A DNA stretch of 64,000 nucleotides from Promethearchaeati archaeon (GCA_013166775.1 JABLTJ010000002.1:78264-142263); one strand, 5' to 3'; shown: positions 20,096 through 31,112, numbered from the stretch's first letter. Translations and numbers: made by a program. The notes: generated by a model from the sequence alone, not told the origin.

Positions 20096-21616
20096 TTACA
20101 ATTTTTTCAGTACTTCATTAGCACATTGCCAACCAGACCAAATTGTAGATGAGTATCCACCTCCAGGAAAAGTCCAAGCAGATGCGAAGTACAGATTTTT
20201 GACTGGTGATTTGTTTTTCAATCTCATCATACCAGATTGTTTAGGAGTATAGGCAAATCCTAGAAAAGTTCCATTTGGATTAAGGGTATATTCCACTTTT
20301 GTTCTAGGTGTTGAAACATAATAGTAATCGATATGACCTACCATATCTGGCATTAGTTTGTATAAACGATCAATGAACATATGTGCAACTTCTTTCTTCT
20401 TTGCAGTATATTCTGCTTTGCTCAAACCCCCCCAGTTTTCAATATAGTCCACAACGCTGATTACGCCGATACTACGCCCAGAACTAGCAAGCATTGAATC
20501 GATTTGGCTAAAATCAACAAAAATGAAATTTCGTTTCTCATAATCTCCTTTATGATTATCTGCTATTTGATGGAGACTAATAATACTTGGGTCATTCACT
20601 ACTGTAGTATAACTAGTATTTCCAATTTCTATTGGAGGTTTATTGAAACCAAGGTAGATGTTAAGTATTGAATGACCTACATCTAGTTTATTAATTTGCT
20701 CTCTGAATTTCTTGTGACGCTTTCCTTGTAATAGCTCATTTGCAACCTGAGGGACAGGTGCATTTGCGATGATAATTTTTCCACTAATTTTGTGAATTTT
20801 TTTGTCGCTTTCTTTTTTAGATATATACTCAACTCCACAAGCTTTTCCTCTTTCAACTACAATTCTTGTGACTACTCTATCAAACAGAAAGGTTCCACCA
20901 TGTTGTTTGATGAATTTTACAAGACCGTAACTAAATTTGATCGAACCACCTTTAATATAGTGAGTTCCACCCTTAAAGCGTGTTGAGAGTGCGATTGCAT
21001 AAATTATAGCAGATAGTTTGTAAGGATCGTCTCCATAGTATTGAATAGTACCTGCTAATGCAAGTTTAAGATCTTCATTATTAAAATGTGAATCAAATAG
21101 ATCTCCAGCTGTCTTTCCTCCCCATCTAGGAATACTTGGAAAAATCATAGGCACAAATGGACCAATTATTCCTTGCATGAACTTAGACCTTGGTATATTG
21201 TGAGTGTCCTTTGTTATTGCATTTATTGTTTTGAAAAATTTCTTTATTGATTTCTCTTCATCAGGAAACCATTCAACTAGTTTCTCTATTGCTTGTTCTT
21301 CGTTATCAGGAATCGTAAAATCCTTTCTTTCATTATAAAATTTGTAAAAACCAGTTAATATCTTCTCAAATTCTATGTTGAAGAATATGTCTAAATCTTC
21401 AAAAACTTCTATCTTTGGATCTTTTTCATATAATCCATCCATTGCATGAAGACCAAAGTCAATCATATAATCATCGGAAAGTTTAAGACAAGAAGCATAA
21501 CCACCTGGAGTTGATTCTTGTTCTATTAGCAGAACCTTCTTCCCTTCTTTTGTTAATTTAGCTCCAGCAATGAGTCCTCCTATACCTGTTCCAATAATAA
21601 TGGCATCATAATCCAT
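20096..21616 (-). CDS. FAD-dependent oxidoreductase, phytoene desaturase (CrtI)-like family
   Basis: N-terminal dinucleotide-binding motif DAIIIGTGIGGL...LLIE. 506 aa. Confidence 0.7.
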   Translation of the reverse strand: MDYDAIIIGTGIGGLIAGAKLTKEGKKVLLIEQESTPGGYASCLKLSDDYMIDFGLHAMDGLYEKDPKIEVFEDLDIFFNIEFEKILTGFYKFYNERKDFTIPDNEEQAIEKLVEWFPDEEKSIKKFFKTINAITKDTHNIPRSKFMQGIIGPFVPMIFPSIPRWGGKTAGDLFDSHFNNEDLKLALAGTIQYYGDDPYKLSAIIYAIALSTRFKGGTHYIKGGSIKFSYGLVKFIKQHGGTFLFDRVVTRIVVERGKACGVEYISKKESDKKIHKISGKIIIANAPVPQVANELLQGKRHKKFREQINKLDVGHSILNIYLGFNKPPIEIGNTSYTTVVNDPSIISLHQIADNHKGDYEKRNFIFVDFSQIDSMLASSGRSIGVISVVDYIENWGGLSKAEYTAKKKEVAHMFIDRLYKLMPDMVGHIDYYYVSTPRTKVEYTLNPNGTFLGFAYTPKQSGMMRLKNKSPVKNLYFASAWTFPGGGYSSTIWSGWQCANEVLKKL

Positions 21617-21742
21617 ATCGTATATTTGAAGAGAGCATTTATTATCTTTTTGTAGAGGAGTAGCAAAGGGAATCTAGAACCAATTTCCAGTATCAATGTA
21701 TTTACGTAAAAATAAATAAAGAATTACGAAACAAAGTCATAT

Positions 21743-22831
21743 ATGAAAATTTCTTACCTTCCATCTGATTATATAATCAATGGTTTAAGAAACCTTGAAG
21801 AGATTCAGAGAAAAGAATCAAGTTTCTTCTTAAGAGCAGTTAGAATCGAGAATGATTCATCAAACAAGATTAAGCTAACACAATACCAATTTGATATTCA
21901 AAGAAATTCTGAAACATTGAAATCAATAATGTATAATGAGAAGATGATTCAGAAGAAAGCAGAGGATGTAAGTAAACTAATTGAAGCACTACCACATCCT
22001 GATTTAGCTAAGTTTTTCCTAGGTACAGCAGAATTTTGGAACAAAGATAAACTTTCACTAAATGACCTAGAACAAGACCAAGAAACAGGATTAATATTAG
22101 AGTATTTTGAATACATGGATAGAGAACCGGTAGATCAGCTTAAATTCACTGTTTATTATATAGAGAATGATGAACAGAAAAAAGAAGCAATCATAATCCC
22201 TATACAGCACTATGAATGTAAGAATGAGTACATTCTCCCTCTTAGAGGAGCATGGATACCAGCCAATCCCTTCGACAATCCATATGAGCATAGAAGAATG
22301 CATTCACAAGAGTTTGGTTTTGATTTAATAAAAGTAGATAAAGAAATGAATCTGAGTTCCAGCTCAGGAAGGGAAAATGAATCACATATCTTTTATGGTG
22401 AACAAGTAATTGCAATAGCGGATGGAGTAGTGGTAGATACTTTTGATCAGCTACCTGATAATCCCGCAGCTGGTAAGTTATTACCTGAAGAGGATTTAGG
22501 AAAAATAATCATGGAATCAGGATATCTTCCTGTTGCAGCAGGAAACTATGTTGTGATTGAACATCTTGAAGATGAATTTTCTTTTTATGCTCATTTGATA
22601 CCAGAATCCTTGAAAGTCAAAATCGGAGATAAAGTCAAACAAGGTCAATGTATAGGTCTTCTTGGTAATTCAGGAAACTCTTCAGCACCTCATCTACATT
22701 TCCAACTAATGCAGGGCTCGAATCCATTAACAGCAAGAGGGTTACCATGTAAGTTTAACAATCTCACTGGTTTAGAAGGAGAAAAAGTAGAACTGGTTGA
22801 CAAGAATTTCTCTATCATCTATGCAAAGTAA
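21743..22831 (+). CDS. M23/LytM-domain metallopeptidase-like protein
   Basis: C-terminal GNYVVIEH...YAHL...GLLGNSGNSSAPHLHFQL, the M23 signature. Confidence 0.65.
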   Translation: MKISYLPSDYIINGLRNLEEIQRKESSFFLRAVRIENDSSNKIKLTQYQFDIQRNSETLKSIMYNEKMIQKKAEDVSKLIEALPHPDLAKFFLGTAEFWNKDKLSLNDLEQDQETGLILEYFEYMDREPVDQLKFTVYYIENDEQKKEAIIIPIQHYECKNEYILPLRGAWIPANPFDNPYEHRRMHSQEFGFDLIKVDKEMNLSSSSGRENESHIFYGEQVIAIADGVVVDTFDQLPDNPAAGKLLPEEDLGKIIMESGYLPVAAGNYVVIEHLEDEFSFYAHLIPESLKVKIGDKVKQGQCIGLLGNSGNSSAPHLHFQLMQGSNPLTARGLPCKFNNLTGLEGEKVELVDKNFSIIYAK

Positions 22832-23129
22832 TGAAATCTTAATTATTATAATACACATTTTCCCTTTTCATTACGATGCAAGGCATCCTTCCTAATAGTA
22901 AGGTGCCCAATCCAAGAAGGTGAGGTTACTGTTCTGCTAAGCTTGAGTATTCATGACACTATCTTATAAGAAGGAGACTTTAAAACAAAGTAACGGTTAA
23001 ACAGAAAAAATCCTATCTAGAACGCTGAACCTGCAGAATCTTCATTCGACTTTTTAAACGCTTGTTTATTCAAGTTTTAGACTAACGTAAATATTTTATA
23101 AGTGAATTACAACACGTTGATTGTAGAAA

Positions 23130-24359
23130 ATGAGCGTTGACAGAGAAGGTTTAGAATCCAAAGTAGCCATATTGGGACTCTCACAATCTGGAAAAACTTC
23201 CATCAGACAAGTAATTTTTGAAGGATTTGCTCCAGAATCCACATCGCAGAATCCAGCAACAGTCAGAATTAACAGGAAGTTGTTCAATCTCGCAGGAAGT
23301 TCCATAAACTTATTTGATGTAGGAGGGCAGAGCGCTTATCTAAATGAAGTCTTTCAACAGTATCAAGAAAGAACTTTTTCTGATGTGAAAGCAGTTATCT
23401 TTGTTGTAGATGTATCTGATGCTGCTAACATAATGAGATCTAAATATTATTTTGATCTAACAGTTGAGAATGTCAAAGAGATAAGCAGAACTGCTAAGAT
23501 ATATGTCTTTGCTCACAAAATGGATGTTGTACCTGTCAATAAAAGACAAGCAGTACTTCAATCCATTAAAGATATCTTTGAAATCGATAATATGGAAAAT
23601 GCAGAGATTTATGGTACCTCAATCTTTGAAGATACGCTCTGGGATGCGATGCAGAAGATTCTTGCTTTGGTTTATCCTAAGGATGATAGCAAAACATTAG
23701 AAATCAAAGATGTTGTAGGGGCATATGATTTATCATTTTTAGCTGTATCAACAACTCATGGTCTTGTCCTTTATTCCCAACCAGAAGCTCTTGCAGGAGT
23801 AAATTATGAGAGGTTGAGGAATGAGTTGTCCAACACATTTTTCCCTGGAATGGTAATGGATTATGCAATTTTCTCATTGGGAAACTTTTGTGTTTTTATG
23901 AGGGAAATTGATAATGATTTAGTACTTACTTCAGTTTTTGAACACGGTCCTGATCTGGGTGATACTCGTAGTAAATTCCTAGAACTTAGTGGAAAGATAA
24001 TGCAAATCTTCCAACCTGATGAATTAATAGGACAAGCAAAGGCAAAGATGAAATCAACTCTATCAAAATACTTAGAAAATAACAAAGTAAGAGAGATAGC
24101 TACTCTTGAACGAAGGTTCGATGTTAAAGTGAATGTCAAGTGTGATATTTGTGGAAAACAAGTTCAAAAATCGATTCTAGATGTAGCTGTAGAAAATTCT
24201 GAAAAACTTGAAAGAGGAATAAAAATTACTGCAGGATTTGGAGTAACAACAATTGAGATGTATCCTATACATGAATGTATAGAAGGAATGAGAGAAATTC
24301 CAGTTTTCCTAGATAGTGATCTTGAATATAGAAGATATGATAACAGTAGACCAATCTGA
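23130..24359 (+). CDS. Rag/Gtr1-like GTPase with C-terminal roadblock domain and terminal zinc ribbon
   Basis: G1 GLSQSGKTS, G3 DVGGQ, and the RagA/Gtr1-type G4 HKMD. The C-terminal domain is roadblock-like, and CDICGKQ sits at the end. Confidence 0.7.
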   Translation: MSVDREGLESKVAILGLSQSGKTSIRQVIFEGFAPESTSQNPATVRINRKLFNLAGSSINLFDVGGQSAYLNEVFQQYQERTFSDVKAVIFVVDVSDAANIMRSKYYFDLTVENVKEISRTAKIYVFAHKMDVVPVNKRQAVLQSIKDIFEIDNMENAEIYGTSIFEDTLWDAMQKILALVYPKDDSKTLEIKDVVGAYDLSFLAVSTTHGLVLYSQPEALAGVNYERLRNELSNTFFPGMVMDYAIFSLGNFCVFMREIDNDLVLTSVFEHGPDLGDTRSKFLELSGKIMQIFQPDELIGQAKAKMKSTLSKYLENNKVREIATLERRFDVKVNVKCDICGKQVQKSILDVAVENSEKLERGIKITAGFGVTTIEMYPIHECIEGMREIPVFLDSDLEYRRYDNSRPI

Positions 24360-26207
24360 TTATTCTTCTTGTTCTTCTGTTTCTTTAATTTCTTTATTAT
24401 TTGTCGCTCCTTTTGTTAAGAAATCTGACATACTTTTGATTGCTTCCTTTGAAAAAATGCCTTCAGGAACTTCATCTTTTGTTTTCATTAAGAAACTAGC
24501 AAAACCTTTGATATCATTTGCGTCGAATTCGATTTGAGCAGAAGCTTCTTCAGATACTGCTGCGATTTCTTGTGCTGGTTCCTCTTCTGAAGTAACTTCC
24601 ATTTCTCCATTTACAAATGTTCCAGTTTCTTGTATCAGCTCTTCAGTTACTTCTGATTTTCCTTCTAAAACAGTTTCCACTTCACCTGGATCAGGAATTT
24701 CTAGAATCTCACTCAGACCAGCAGCTAGTTCTCCTTTAAGCTCAGAATCTACTGGTTTATCAGATGCAATCTTTGGAACTGAATCAGGAACTGCAACTGG
24801 CTCTATTACTTTTGGAGGAGCAGGTGTTTCTACTTCTTTAGCAGGTTCAGAAAAAGGTTCTGGTTTGACTTCAACTTGAATTTCAGGAATAATCTCAGGA
24901 GCTTCTTCAGTGGAAGTTTCTTCAACAAACTCTAGAGAAGTTTCAGCCATAATTTCTACAGGAGTCTCCTCAAGGGGTATGTCTTCTGTTGATTCTACTT
25001 GTGCTACTTCTATTGGAATTACTGCAGGAGTTGGTGCTTCTGTAGCAACTTCAGCTAATGTCTCAACAGCAGCTTCAACAGGTGCTGCAACTGCAGGAGG
25101 TTTCTCTATTTTTGTCTCAATTTCCCCTGTTGATTGAGCAAATTTGAATATTAGTTCATAGAGAATTTCCTTTTTCTGATCTGTAATCTCCGAAAATGAT
25201 GTGACTAGAAGAAAATTGGTTGCTAGATTAAAGATCATTCCGTGTACAGTTCGATCTGCAGAAGAAATAATACTTCCAGTAGAATCAATATCATCTCCTA
25301 AATCCTTTATCTGATTTTTAAGGTGATGTAGTCCAATTAGATAGTCCATTGATTTTTCGATGTTCACATTAGACTGCGAGGAAGCTCCGATAATTGGAGA
25401 ATAGGTTGCTTTATCAATTAAAACCATTTCGACAATGTCATATTCAGTAAGATCAAACTCTAAATCTAATTTGCCAAAAGTTGGAAGAATAGGTTCAGGT
25501 TCTGGATTCAAGAACTCTCTTAACTGTTTTATTCTAGGATCTTCTTGATGTTCCATAACATAGCTTTGGAATTCATTGCTTTGTTCAACTGCTTCACCAA
25601 CATTTGATACTAACTCGAATCTTCTAGTGTCAATACCAGATTCTTTCATAACGGTGAACATTAAATCTTTGAGACTTTCATAATAGTAAATACTAGTATT
25701 CTCAAATTCTATCTCGAAACGAGGATCATCGAACAGTTCTCGAATATGTTGATGAATTACTACCATTCTTTCAGGAGTAACTAAATCCACCTTATGACAG
25801 AGAACGGTAATATGGCCTTCAGGATTCTCTTTGACATATTGACGAATAGTAAAACTAAATCTTCTTTCTGATTCTTCAAAAAGTTCAGGTTGAGTGACAT
25901 CAACAACCCATACTAGAAGTTTCACATTGGAAAAAACAAGATGTCTAAAATGCGTAACAGCTTCATTCCAGTAGCTCTCTTGTCCTCCAGAATCGATAAC
26001 TAAACTCTTTTTTTCCTCATCAATAAAGTGACGTTGATAATGAACTGTAGCCATATAATCTTCTGCATCAGCAGGTTTTTTATCGAAAAAGACAACATCT
26101 TTTATTGCTGTCTTCCCTGCTGACTGTAAACCCATGAGAAGGATTTTATCCTCTACAGCAGGTGCATCTGATTTATCTTTGTATAATTCATCGAATAAGT
26201 AGGACAC
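24360..26207 (-). CDS. Rag/Gtr2-like GTPase with roadblock-like domain and a long acidic Pro/Glu/Val-rich tail
   Basis: G1 GLQSAGKTA, G3 DSGGQ, and the RagC/Gtr2-type G4 HKVD. It has a roughly 250 aa low-complexity acidic C-terminus. Confidence 0.65.
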   Translation of the reverse strand: MSYLFDELYKDKSDAPAVEDKILLMGLQSAGKTAIKDVVFFDKKPADAEDYMATVHYQRHFIDEEKKSLVIDSGGQESYWNEAVTHFRHLVFSNVKLLVWVVDVTQPELFEESERRFSFTIRQYVKENPEGHITVLCHKVDLVTPERMVVIHQHIRELFDDPRFEIEFENTSIYYYESLKDLMFTVMKESGIDTRRFELVSNVGEAVEQSNEFQSYVMEHQEDPRIKQLREFLNPEPEPILPTFGKLDLEFDLTEYDIVEMVLIDKATYSPIIGASSQSNVNIEKSMDYLIGLHHLKNQIKDLGDDIDSTGSIISSADRTVHGMIFNLATNFLLVTSFSEITDQKKEILYELIFKFAQSTGEIETKIEKPPAVAAPVEAAVETLAEVATEAPTPAVIPIEVAQVESTEDIPLEETPVEIMAETSLEFVEETSTEEAPEIIPEIQVEVKPEPFSEPAKEVETPAPPKVIEPVAVPDSVPKIASDKPVDSELKGELAAGLSEILEIPDPGEVETVLEGKSEVTEELIQETGTFVNGEMEVTSEEEPAQEIAAVSEEASAQIEFDANDIKGFASFLMKTKDEVPEGIFSKEAIKSMSDFLTKGATNNKEIKETEEQEE

Positions 26208-26315
26208 GATTACGACCCCTAGTACTGTCTAATATAAAGATGTCTGTGTAATACTAAAGCAAAATTTTACATATCAATATATCGATACTGACTAATGAAA
26301 AAGAGGAGAAAAGGA

Positions 26316-29300
26316 TTACTCAGGTTGAGTTTCTTCCAATTCTTGAGCTGCTAACATAATCATTACTGATTTCTTTCTTACTACCTCAAGCTTTTCTTTA
26401 ATCTCTGGAAGTTCTTTTTTAGCTTTAAGATCCTTAATCAAATCATCAACTTCATCATAAAGAAAATCTTGGTAATTCAGAAGGAAATTACCAAAATCGC
26501 TGTCAGCTAAAACTATAAGTGAAAGATTCTCAAACCCACCACGAGCAGCTTCATTTGAGAGTTGAATTCCATGAATAAAGCCTATCATCTTTTCTCTTGG
26601 AAGAACTATTGAACCAGTTCTTCTCCCAGCATCATGTTCTTCAAAACCAAGTGAGGAATATGCTTGGTCAGCTATCTTGAGCAAGAAATTCTCAACATCA
26701 ATTTGCATCCTATTCTTATATCTAGCAATGTTTAGAGAGTGTTCTTCCAGAAGAGGTGTTGGACCCTTTCTTTGATCGAAAATAGTTAGTATTACACCAG
26801 GAGATACAATTGAATAGTTTAAAGCTATATCTTCGTCCGTTAGGTTTGACAATAGTTCTTCAAATTCTTTTGGACGAGTTACTTTGTAAACTATGAAAGC
26901 TATTAAAGCAACAGCAAGAACACTACCTCCAATTATTAGGTAAAGCATCCAACTTGGGAAACCAGGTGGTACAATTCGAATCACTTTTTCTTCAAGTTCA
27001 AAACTACTTGAGGATCTGATATTATCACCATCAAATGTTGCATTAATCATTACATAATCAATTTCAGGAGACATAGTAAACACGACAGTTGCAGAACCTG
27101 AGAAATCTGTTGTTTTATTTAGTATAACATAAGTAGTATAATTTGTTGGAATTAATCCTTGAACTCCTGACGTTTGATCGTAACTATATGAATAGATGTA
27201 GAAATGGATTTCTTGTATTGGTACTCCTGTGTCATTTTCATATGTTAAAATACCTGTTATTGCTAGTTGTGTACCTTCTAGTACTGTGAAATTAGAAACC
27301 TGTATATCTAGGTACAAAGGTAAAGGTAATACTTCAAATTCGAATGTCAAGTTTCCTTCAGCAATTGCGTAATAGAATTTGCTTTCTACATAAATATCGA
27401 AGGAGTAATTTCCTTTTGGAAGTGCGTATGTAGAATAATTGAACCAGTATGTTGAAGTACCAGAAATATTATAGAACATAGTCGATACAGAGTTGACTTC
27501 AACATAATCAATCGATATATTTTGTCCAAGATGATCTTTTAGATTAAGATAAACAGTTACATCTTCACCATAATACACTGAAAATCTACTCTCATCTAGT
27601 ATAGACAAATCTGCTATTTTTTTGTCAACAATAAGATTTACTCTTATTGTTCTGCTTCCCCCAGCTAGTGTATAAAACTCAATGTCAACGAAAGTCACAT
27701 TACCATTTGTAATATTAGTACACTCTATCTCACAGTAGTAAATTGTACTGTCTTGTTTAGTTATATCTACTTTAAAATTATAAGATTCTTGATGATGTCT
27801 TGTATATAAATCTGTTATTTCTATTTGATTAACTGTATCTGTTACATTTACAATAAAATAAACAATGTCTGAGTAATTTGTTTGAACCGAATAAATATCA
27901 TTTATCCATTCTTTTTCCGTTGGATCTATATATTTAATATCAATGTCAGCAACTTTGATGTAGAAGGTTGCTGATGCTTTATTTGGTGCTAAACCTATTG
28001 CATCATCAAATAAATTAATTTGTAAAGTGTGATTTCCATCTACTGGTTTTACTTTGAAAATCCATGAATCTGCTTCTCTTAATTCATCAGTTTCATCATC
28101 ATCCCATTTATAGTAGAATCTAGCTAAATCTTGATTTACAGAACTATTGTACCATATTGGTGTGTTCCCTGTAAAAATATAACTCCCCCCATTGATTAAT
28201 TCTGTTAACACTCCGCTTTCATTTAGATACAATTTTATTATAGGTGCTTCAAAATCAGTAAGAAAATCAAAAATATAGGTTGCTGAACTACCTAAAACAT
28301 CAGTTGCTTCTATAACCACTGATGCAGTTTCGTTATGATCATAAAAATTCTGAGGATTTGGTAGAAAACTTATCTCGAAATCAGTTAGTGGTACATTATC
28401 ATTCCACCAGTTTTTCGTAAGATCAGAATCCCAATAATATCGTATTTCACTTACAGTTAATAGATATTCATCATAAACACTGAAACCAAAAATTGTACCT
28501 CCATTCACCGTAGTATTCTCTGGAAAAGATGAGAGTGAGATAATAGGAGCATCTGAATCAATTGTCAGTATTCTCGAAAACGCTTGAAAATTCCCAAGAC
28601 TATCATTAACAAAAATGTAGAGTAAAGCAGTTCCATCAGGTTGGCTTAAAATAAATTCATCTGTAAATTGTATTAGTGATGAACCATTCCATGCATAATA
28701 ACTGAAAACGGAATTATCATCATCAGTAATGTCAATTTGAATTGTAGCATCTGAAGGAATGTATATATTTCCATCTATCGAAGTATAATCTACTTCCAGA
28801 GGGATAGTTACATCTATTGTTGGTTTTGTTGTATCTATAATGAAAACTAATAATTTAACTTCAAAATTTCCTGCAATATCTAGAGCATATATACAGAATT
28901 CATGTTTTCCATCAGCAAGAGTGATTAGGTTAAATTGGTAGGGATAGATTAATGTTTGATTTGCTTTTTCATCAATTGAGTATAATACTATCAAATCACT
29001 TGAAAGAATATAATTATCAGTTATTGTAAAGATGAATATTGTATCAGTCGTGAATCTTGTATTATTATAAATTAAAATACTATTATCAATATTGGGAGCT
29101 GTTTGATCAACAGTGAGATTAAAGAAAAATATGTGTTCGACATCAAAAACATCAGAACAAAAAACTGTTAAGTTATGAAAACCAGGAGTAGAAGGAAGTG
29201 CATCAACTCCAGTCAAAGTTAATTGACCAGCGATTATATCTCCGTCTTCTCTTATTCCACCATCCCAGATATAACTAATAGTTCCGTTGCTTTTTTGTAC

Positions 29301-31091
29301 ATTAATTATTACTTCTTCACCACCAAGATAATAGGAATTGTTTCTTAATTCAGCTAATTCAACCAAAAATACGTTAGGATCAGTATAGAATTGAAACATT
29401 ACATTAGTTAAATGTTCATAATTATCATATGCAGAAATGTACAAATAATGATTTCCTTCAGCCGAAGGTAAGCTTGTTTGGTATATTTTTCCTTGTGCAG
29501 GAAGCCAAGGAGCATCTCCATCTGAATCCCAATGAAAATTTACATTATTGATTCCTAAATCATCATCTATCTCTACTTCAATTATTTTCCCTGGAGCATA
29601 CGTTGAACCATCAATCACATTATAAAGAATAACCGTAGGAAAATCAGAATCAAAAGTAAATTGATAGAAGAAGGTTTCAGTTGAATAGAAATCAATTATC
29701 CTCAAGGTAATATTATGTAATCCTGAAAAACTAGGATTTGTTATGTCATATGGACTACTTAATAGATACCACATTCCATTATTGTCCCACATATACTCGA
29801 CCGTATCAACGCTAAATGCCGTGAAATTTAATATTGATCCTCCCCCAATCGTTGAACCATTTATAGGAGAATTCAGTACTAAATTCGTAGTCGATGCATC
29901 ATAACCAAATCGATAAAATTCTGTTCTTGTATTGCCAAAAACAGGATCAATAGCTTCAGTCTCCAAATCATGCCAACCATGCACAGAAGGCAGATTTATT
30001 GTTGTTTGATTTTCAAAAGGTATCCAACTCCCCCCATCCCATCTGTAAGAGCTAGTAGAGCCATCAGTAACATCAATAGTCATTTCTTGAGCTGTTTGAT
30101 ATACTGTCTCATTTGATGCACCTAAAAGATTAATATCTGGAATTCTTTTGGATCTCATGTAAAGCTGAATTCCAGTCATTCTAGTTACATTATTTATCGT
30201 GTATGTATTACTATAGATATCATCATTAATGGTCCATGTTGTTGAACTTGTAGTACCATCATAAGGATAACCTGTCATATGCAAAAAAGAACCTGTAGAA
30301 GGTACTGAACTGAAACTTAATTGTATATCCCATCTTAATCTATATCCTGCTGGTATTGTAGTTGTAGAAATTGTGTCTGAAAAAGTTCTATATCCAGTCC
30401 ACATACTTATTGGGTAAGTCTGAGTTCTCGATGCAATTAATTGTGGATTGAGAGGATCAGCTGGATTAAATAAGTATAATAGCACTCTATAACCTATAGT
30501 AACAGCTTCAGAAAAAACTGCAGAATCATTAACAGTTAACCATGACCACCAATGAACTTTGCCTGAAATTTCATAATCCTCAGTAAAAACAGGACTATAT
30601 ATTTTAGAAGGCTCATTAGGATAACCTTGTTCTCTTAAATAGAACCAATTGGTATCATTAGGCCAAGTTTTAGGTACAGAACTAAGAGCTCTCCAGTAAA
30701 ACTCTTTGTTTAGGGTACCATCATTCTTAATCTCATCATATGGTACCCATTCTACAATGTTTCGTCTTCCATATGGATCTTCCCCAGAAGGATCTGTTAT
30801 TAGGGTTTCACCTACTCGTGATTCACCATAGATATAGCCAGTACCTCCAGGAAAGAAAGCGAAAGTTTCGAAATCACCAAGAGTTTCAGATTTTGTTACA
30901 GGATCATTATAAGGTGTATCACTTCTTGCGTCTGAATTCTTTGTATTGTCATTCATTTCTAAGGATTTATCAAGTTTTCTTGTATCATTTTTTTCTTTAT
31001 AATCTATATCCAAAAGACGGTTAATAACTAGTGTATTTAAGCATAAAATTATCAAGAATGTTCCAAACAATTGGTGGTTTTTATTTTTCAT
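26316..31091 (-). CDS. giant single-pass surface protein (1591 aa) with a conserved cytoplasmic roadblock-like domain
   Basis: Signal peptide, a roughly 1330 aa extracellular region rich in N-X-S/T sequons and beta-type repeats, one TM helix (SWMLYLIIGGSVLAVALIAFIVY), and a 220 aa cytoplasmic domain. Confidence 0.7.
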   Translation of the reverse strand: MKNKNHQLFGTFLIILCLNTLVINRLLDIDYKEKNDTRKLDKSLEMNDNTKNSDARSDTPYNDPVTKSETLGDFETFAFFPGGTGYIYGESRVGETLITDPSGEDPYGRRNIVEWVPYDEIKNDGTLNKEFYWRALSSVPKTWPNDTNWFYLREQGYPNEPSKIYSPVFTEDYEISGKVHWWSWLTVNDSAVFSEAVTIGYRVLLYLFNPADPLNPQLIASRTQTYPISMWTGYRTFSDTISTTTIPAGYRLRWDIQLSFSSVPSTGSFLHMTGYPYDGTTSSTTWTINDDIYSNTYTINNVTRMTGIQLYMRSKRIPDINLLGASNETVYQTAQEMTIDVTDGSTSSYRWDGGSWIPFENQTTINLPSVHGWHDLETEAIDPVFGNTRTEFYRFGYDASTTNLVLNSPINGSTIGGGSILNFTAFSVDTVEYMWDNNGMWYLLSSPYDITNPSFSGLHNITLRIIDFYSTETFFYQFTFDSDFPTVILYNVIDGSTYAPGKIIEVEIDDDLGINNVNFHWDSDGDAPWLPAQGKIYQTSLPSAEGNHYLYISAYDNYEHLTNVMFQFYTDPNVFLVELAELRNNSYYLGGEEVIINVQKSNGTISYIWDGGIREDGDIIAGQLTLTGVDALPSTPGFHNLTVFCSDVFDVEHIFFFNLTVDQTAPNIDNSILIYNNTRFTTDTIFIFTITDNYILSSDLIVLYSIDEKANQTLIYPYQFNLITLADGKHEFCIYALDIAGNFEVKLLVFIIDTTKPTIDVTIPLEVDYTSIDGNIYIPSDATIQIDITDDDNSVFSYYAWNGSSLIQFTDEFILSQPDGTALLYIFVNDSLGNFQAFSRILTIDSDAPIISLSSFPENTTVNGGTIFGFSVYDEYLLTVSEIRYYWDSDLTKNWWNDNVPLTDFEISFLPNPQNFYDHNETASVVIEATDVLGSSATYIFDFLTDFEAPIIKLYLNESGVLTELINGGSYIFTGNTPIWYNSSVNQDLARFYYKWDDDETDELREADSWIFKVKPVDGNHTLQINLFDDAIGLAPNKASATFYIKVADIDIKYIDPTEKEWINDIYSVQTNYSDIVYFIVNVTDTVNQIEITDLYTRHHQESYNFKVDITKQDSTIYYCEIECTNITNGNVTFVDIEFYTLAGGSRTIRVNLIVDKKIADLSILDESRFSVYYGEDVTVYLNLKDHLGQNISIDYVEVNSVSTMFYNISGTSTYWFNYSTYALPKGNYSFDIYVESKFYYAIAEGNLTFEFEVLPLPLYLDIQVSNFTVLEGTQLAITGILTYENDTGVPIQEIHFYIYSYSYDQTSGVQGLIPTNYTTYVILNKTTDFSGSATVVFTMSPEIDYVMINATFDGDNIRSSSSFELEEKVIRIVPPGFPSWMLYLIIGGSVLAVALIAFIVYKVTRPKEFEELLSNLTDEDIALNYSIVSPGVILTIFDQRKGPTPLLEEHSLNIARYKNRMQIDVENFLLKIADQAYSSLGFEEHDAGRRTGSIVLPREKMIGFIHGIQLSNEAARGGFENLSLIVLADSDFGNFLLNYQDFLYDEVDDLIKDLKAKKELPEIKEKLEVVRKKSVMIMLAAQELEETQPE

Positions 31092-31112
31092 ATTCTTCCT
31101 CTTCTTCTTGTT

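Noticed and set aside
24910-25137. 75 aa ORF antisense to the acidic tail of the RagC-like gene
   Set aside because: Generated by the low-complexity GAA/GTT-rich coding repeat on the other strand.
24360-25150. Possible DNA-level tandem repeat or CRISPR-like periodicity in the acidic-tail coding region
   Set aside because: The repetitiveness is at the amino-acid-composition level (P/E/V/A). No regular direct repeats with spacers are visible, and no CRISPR array is seen anywhere in the window.
30740-31024. 94 aa ORF antisense to the N-terminus of giant protein 2
   Set aside because: Shadow ORF with no features.
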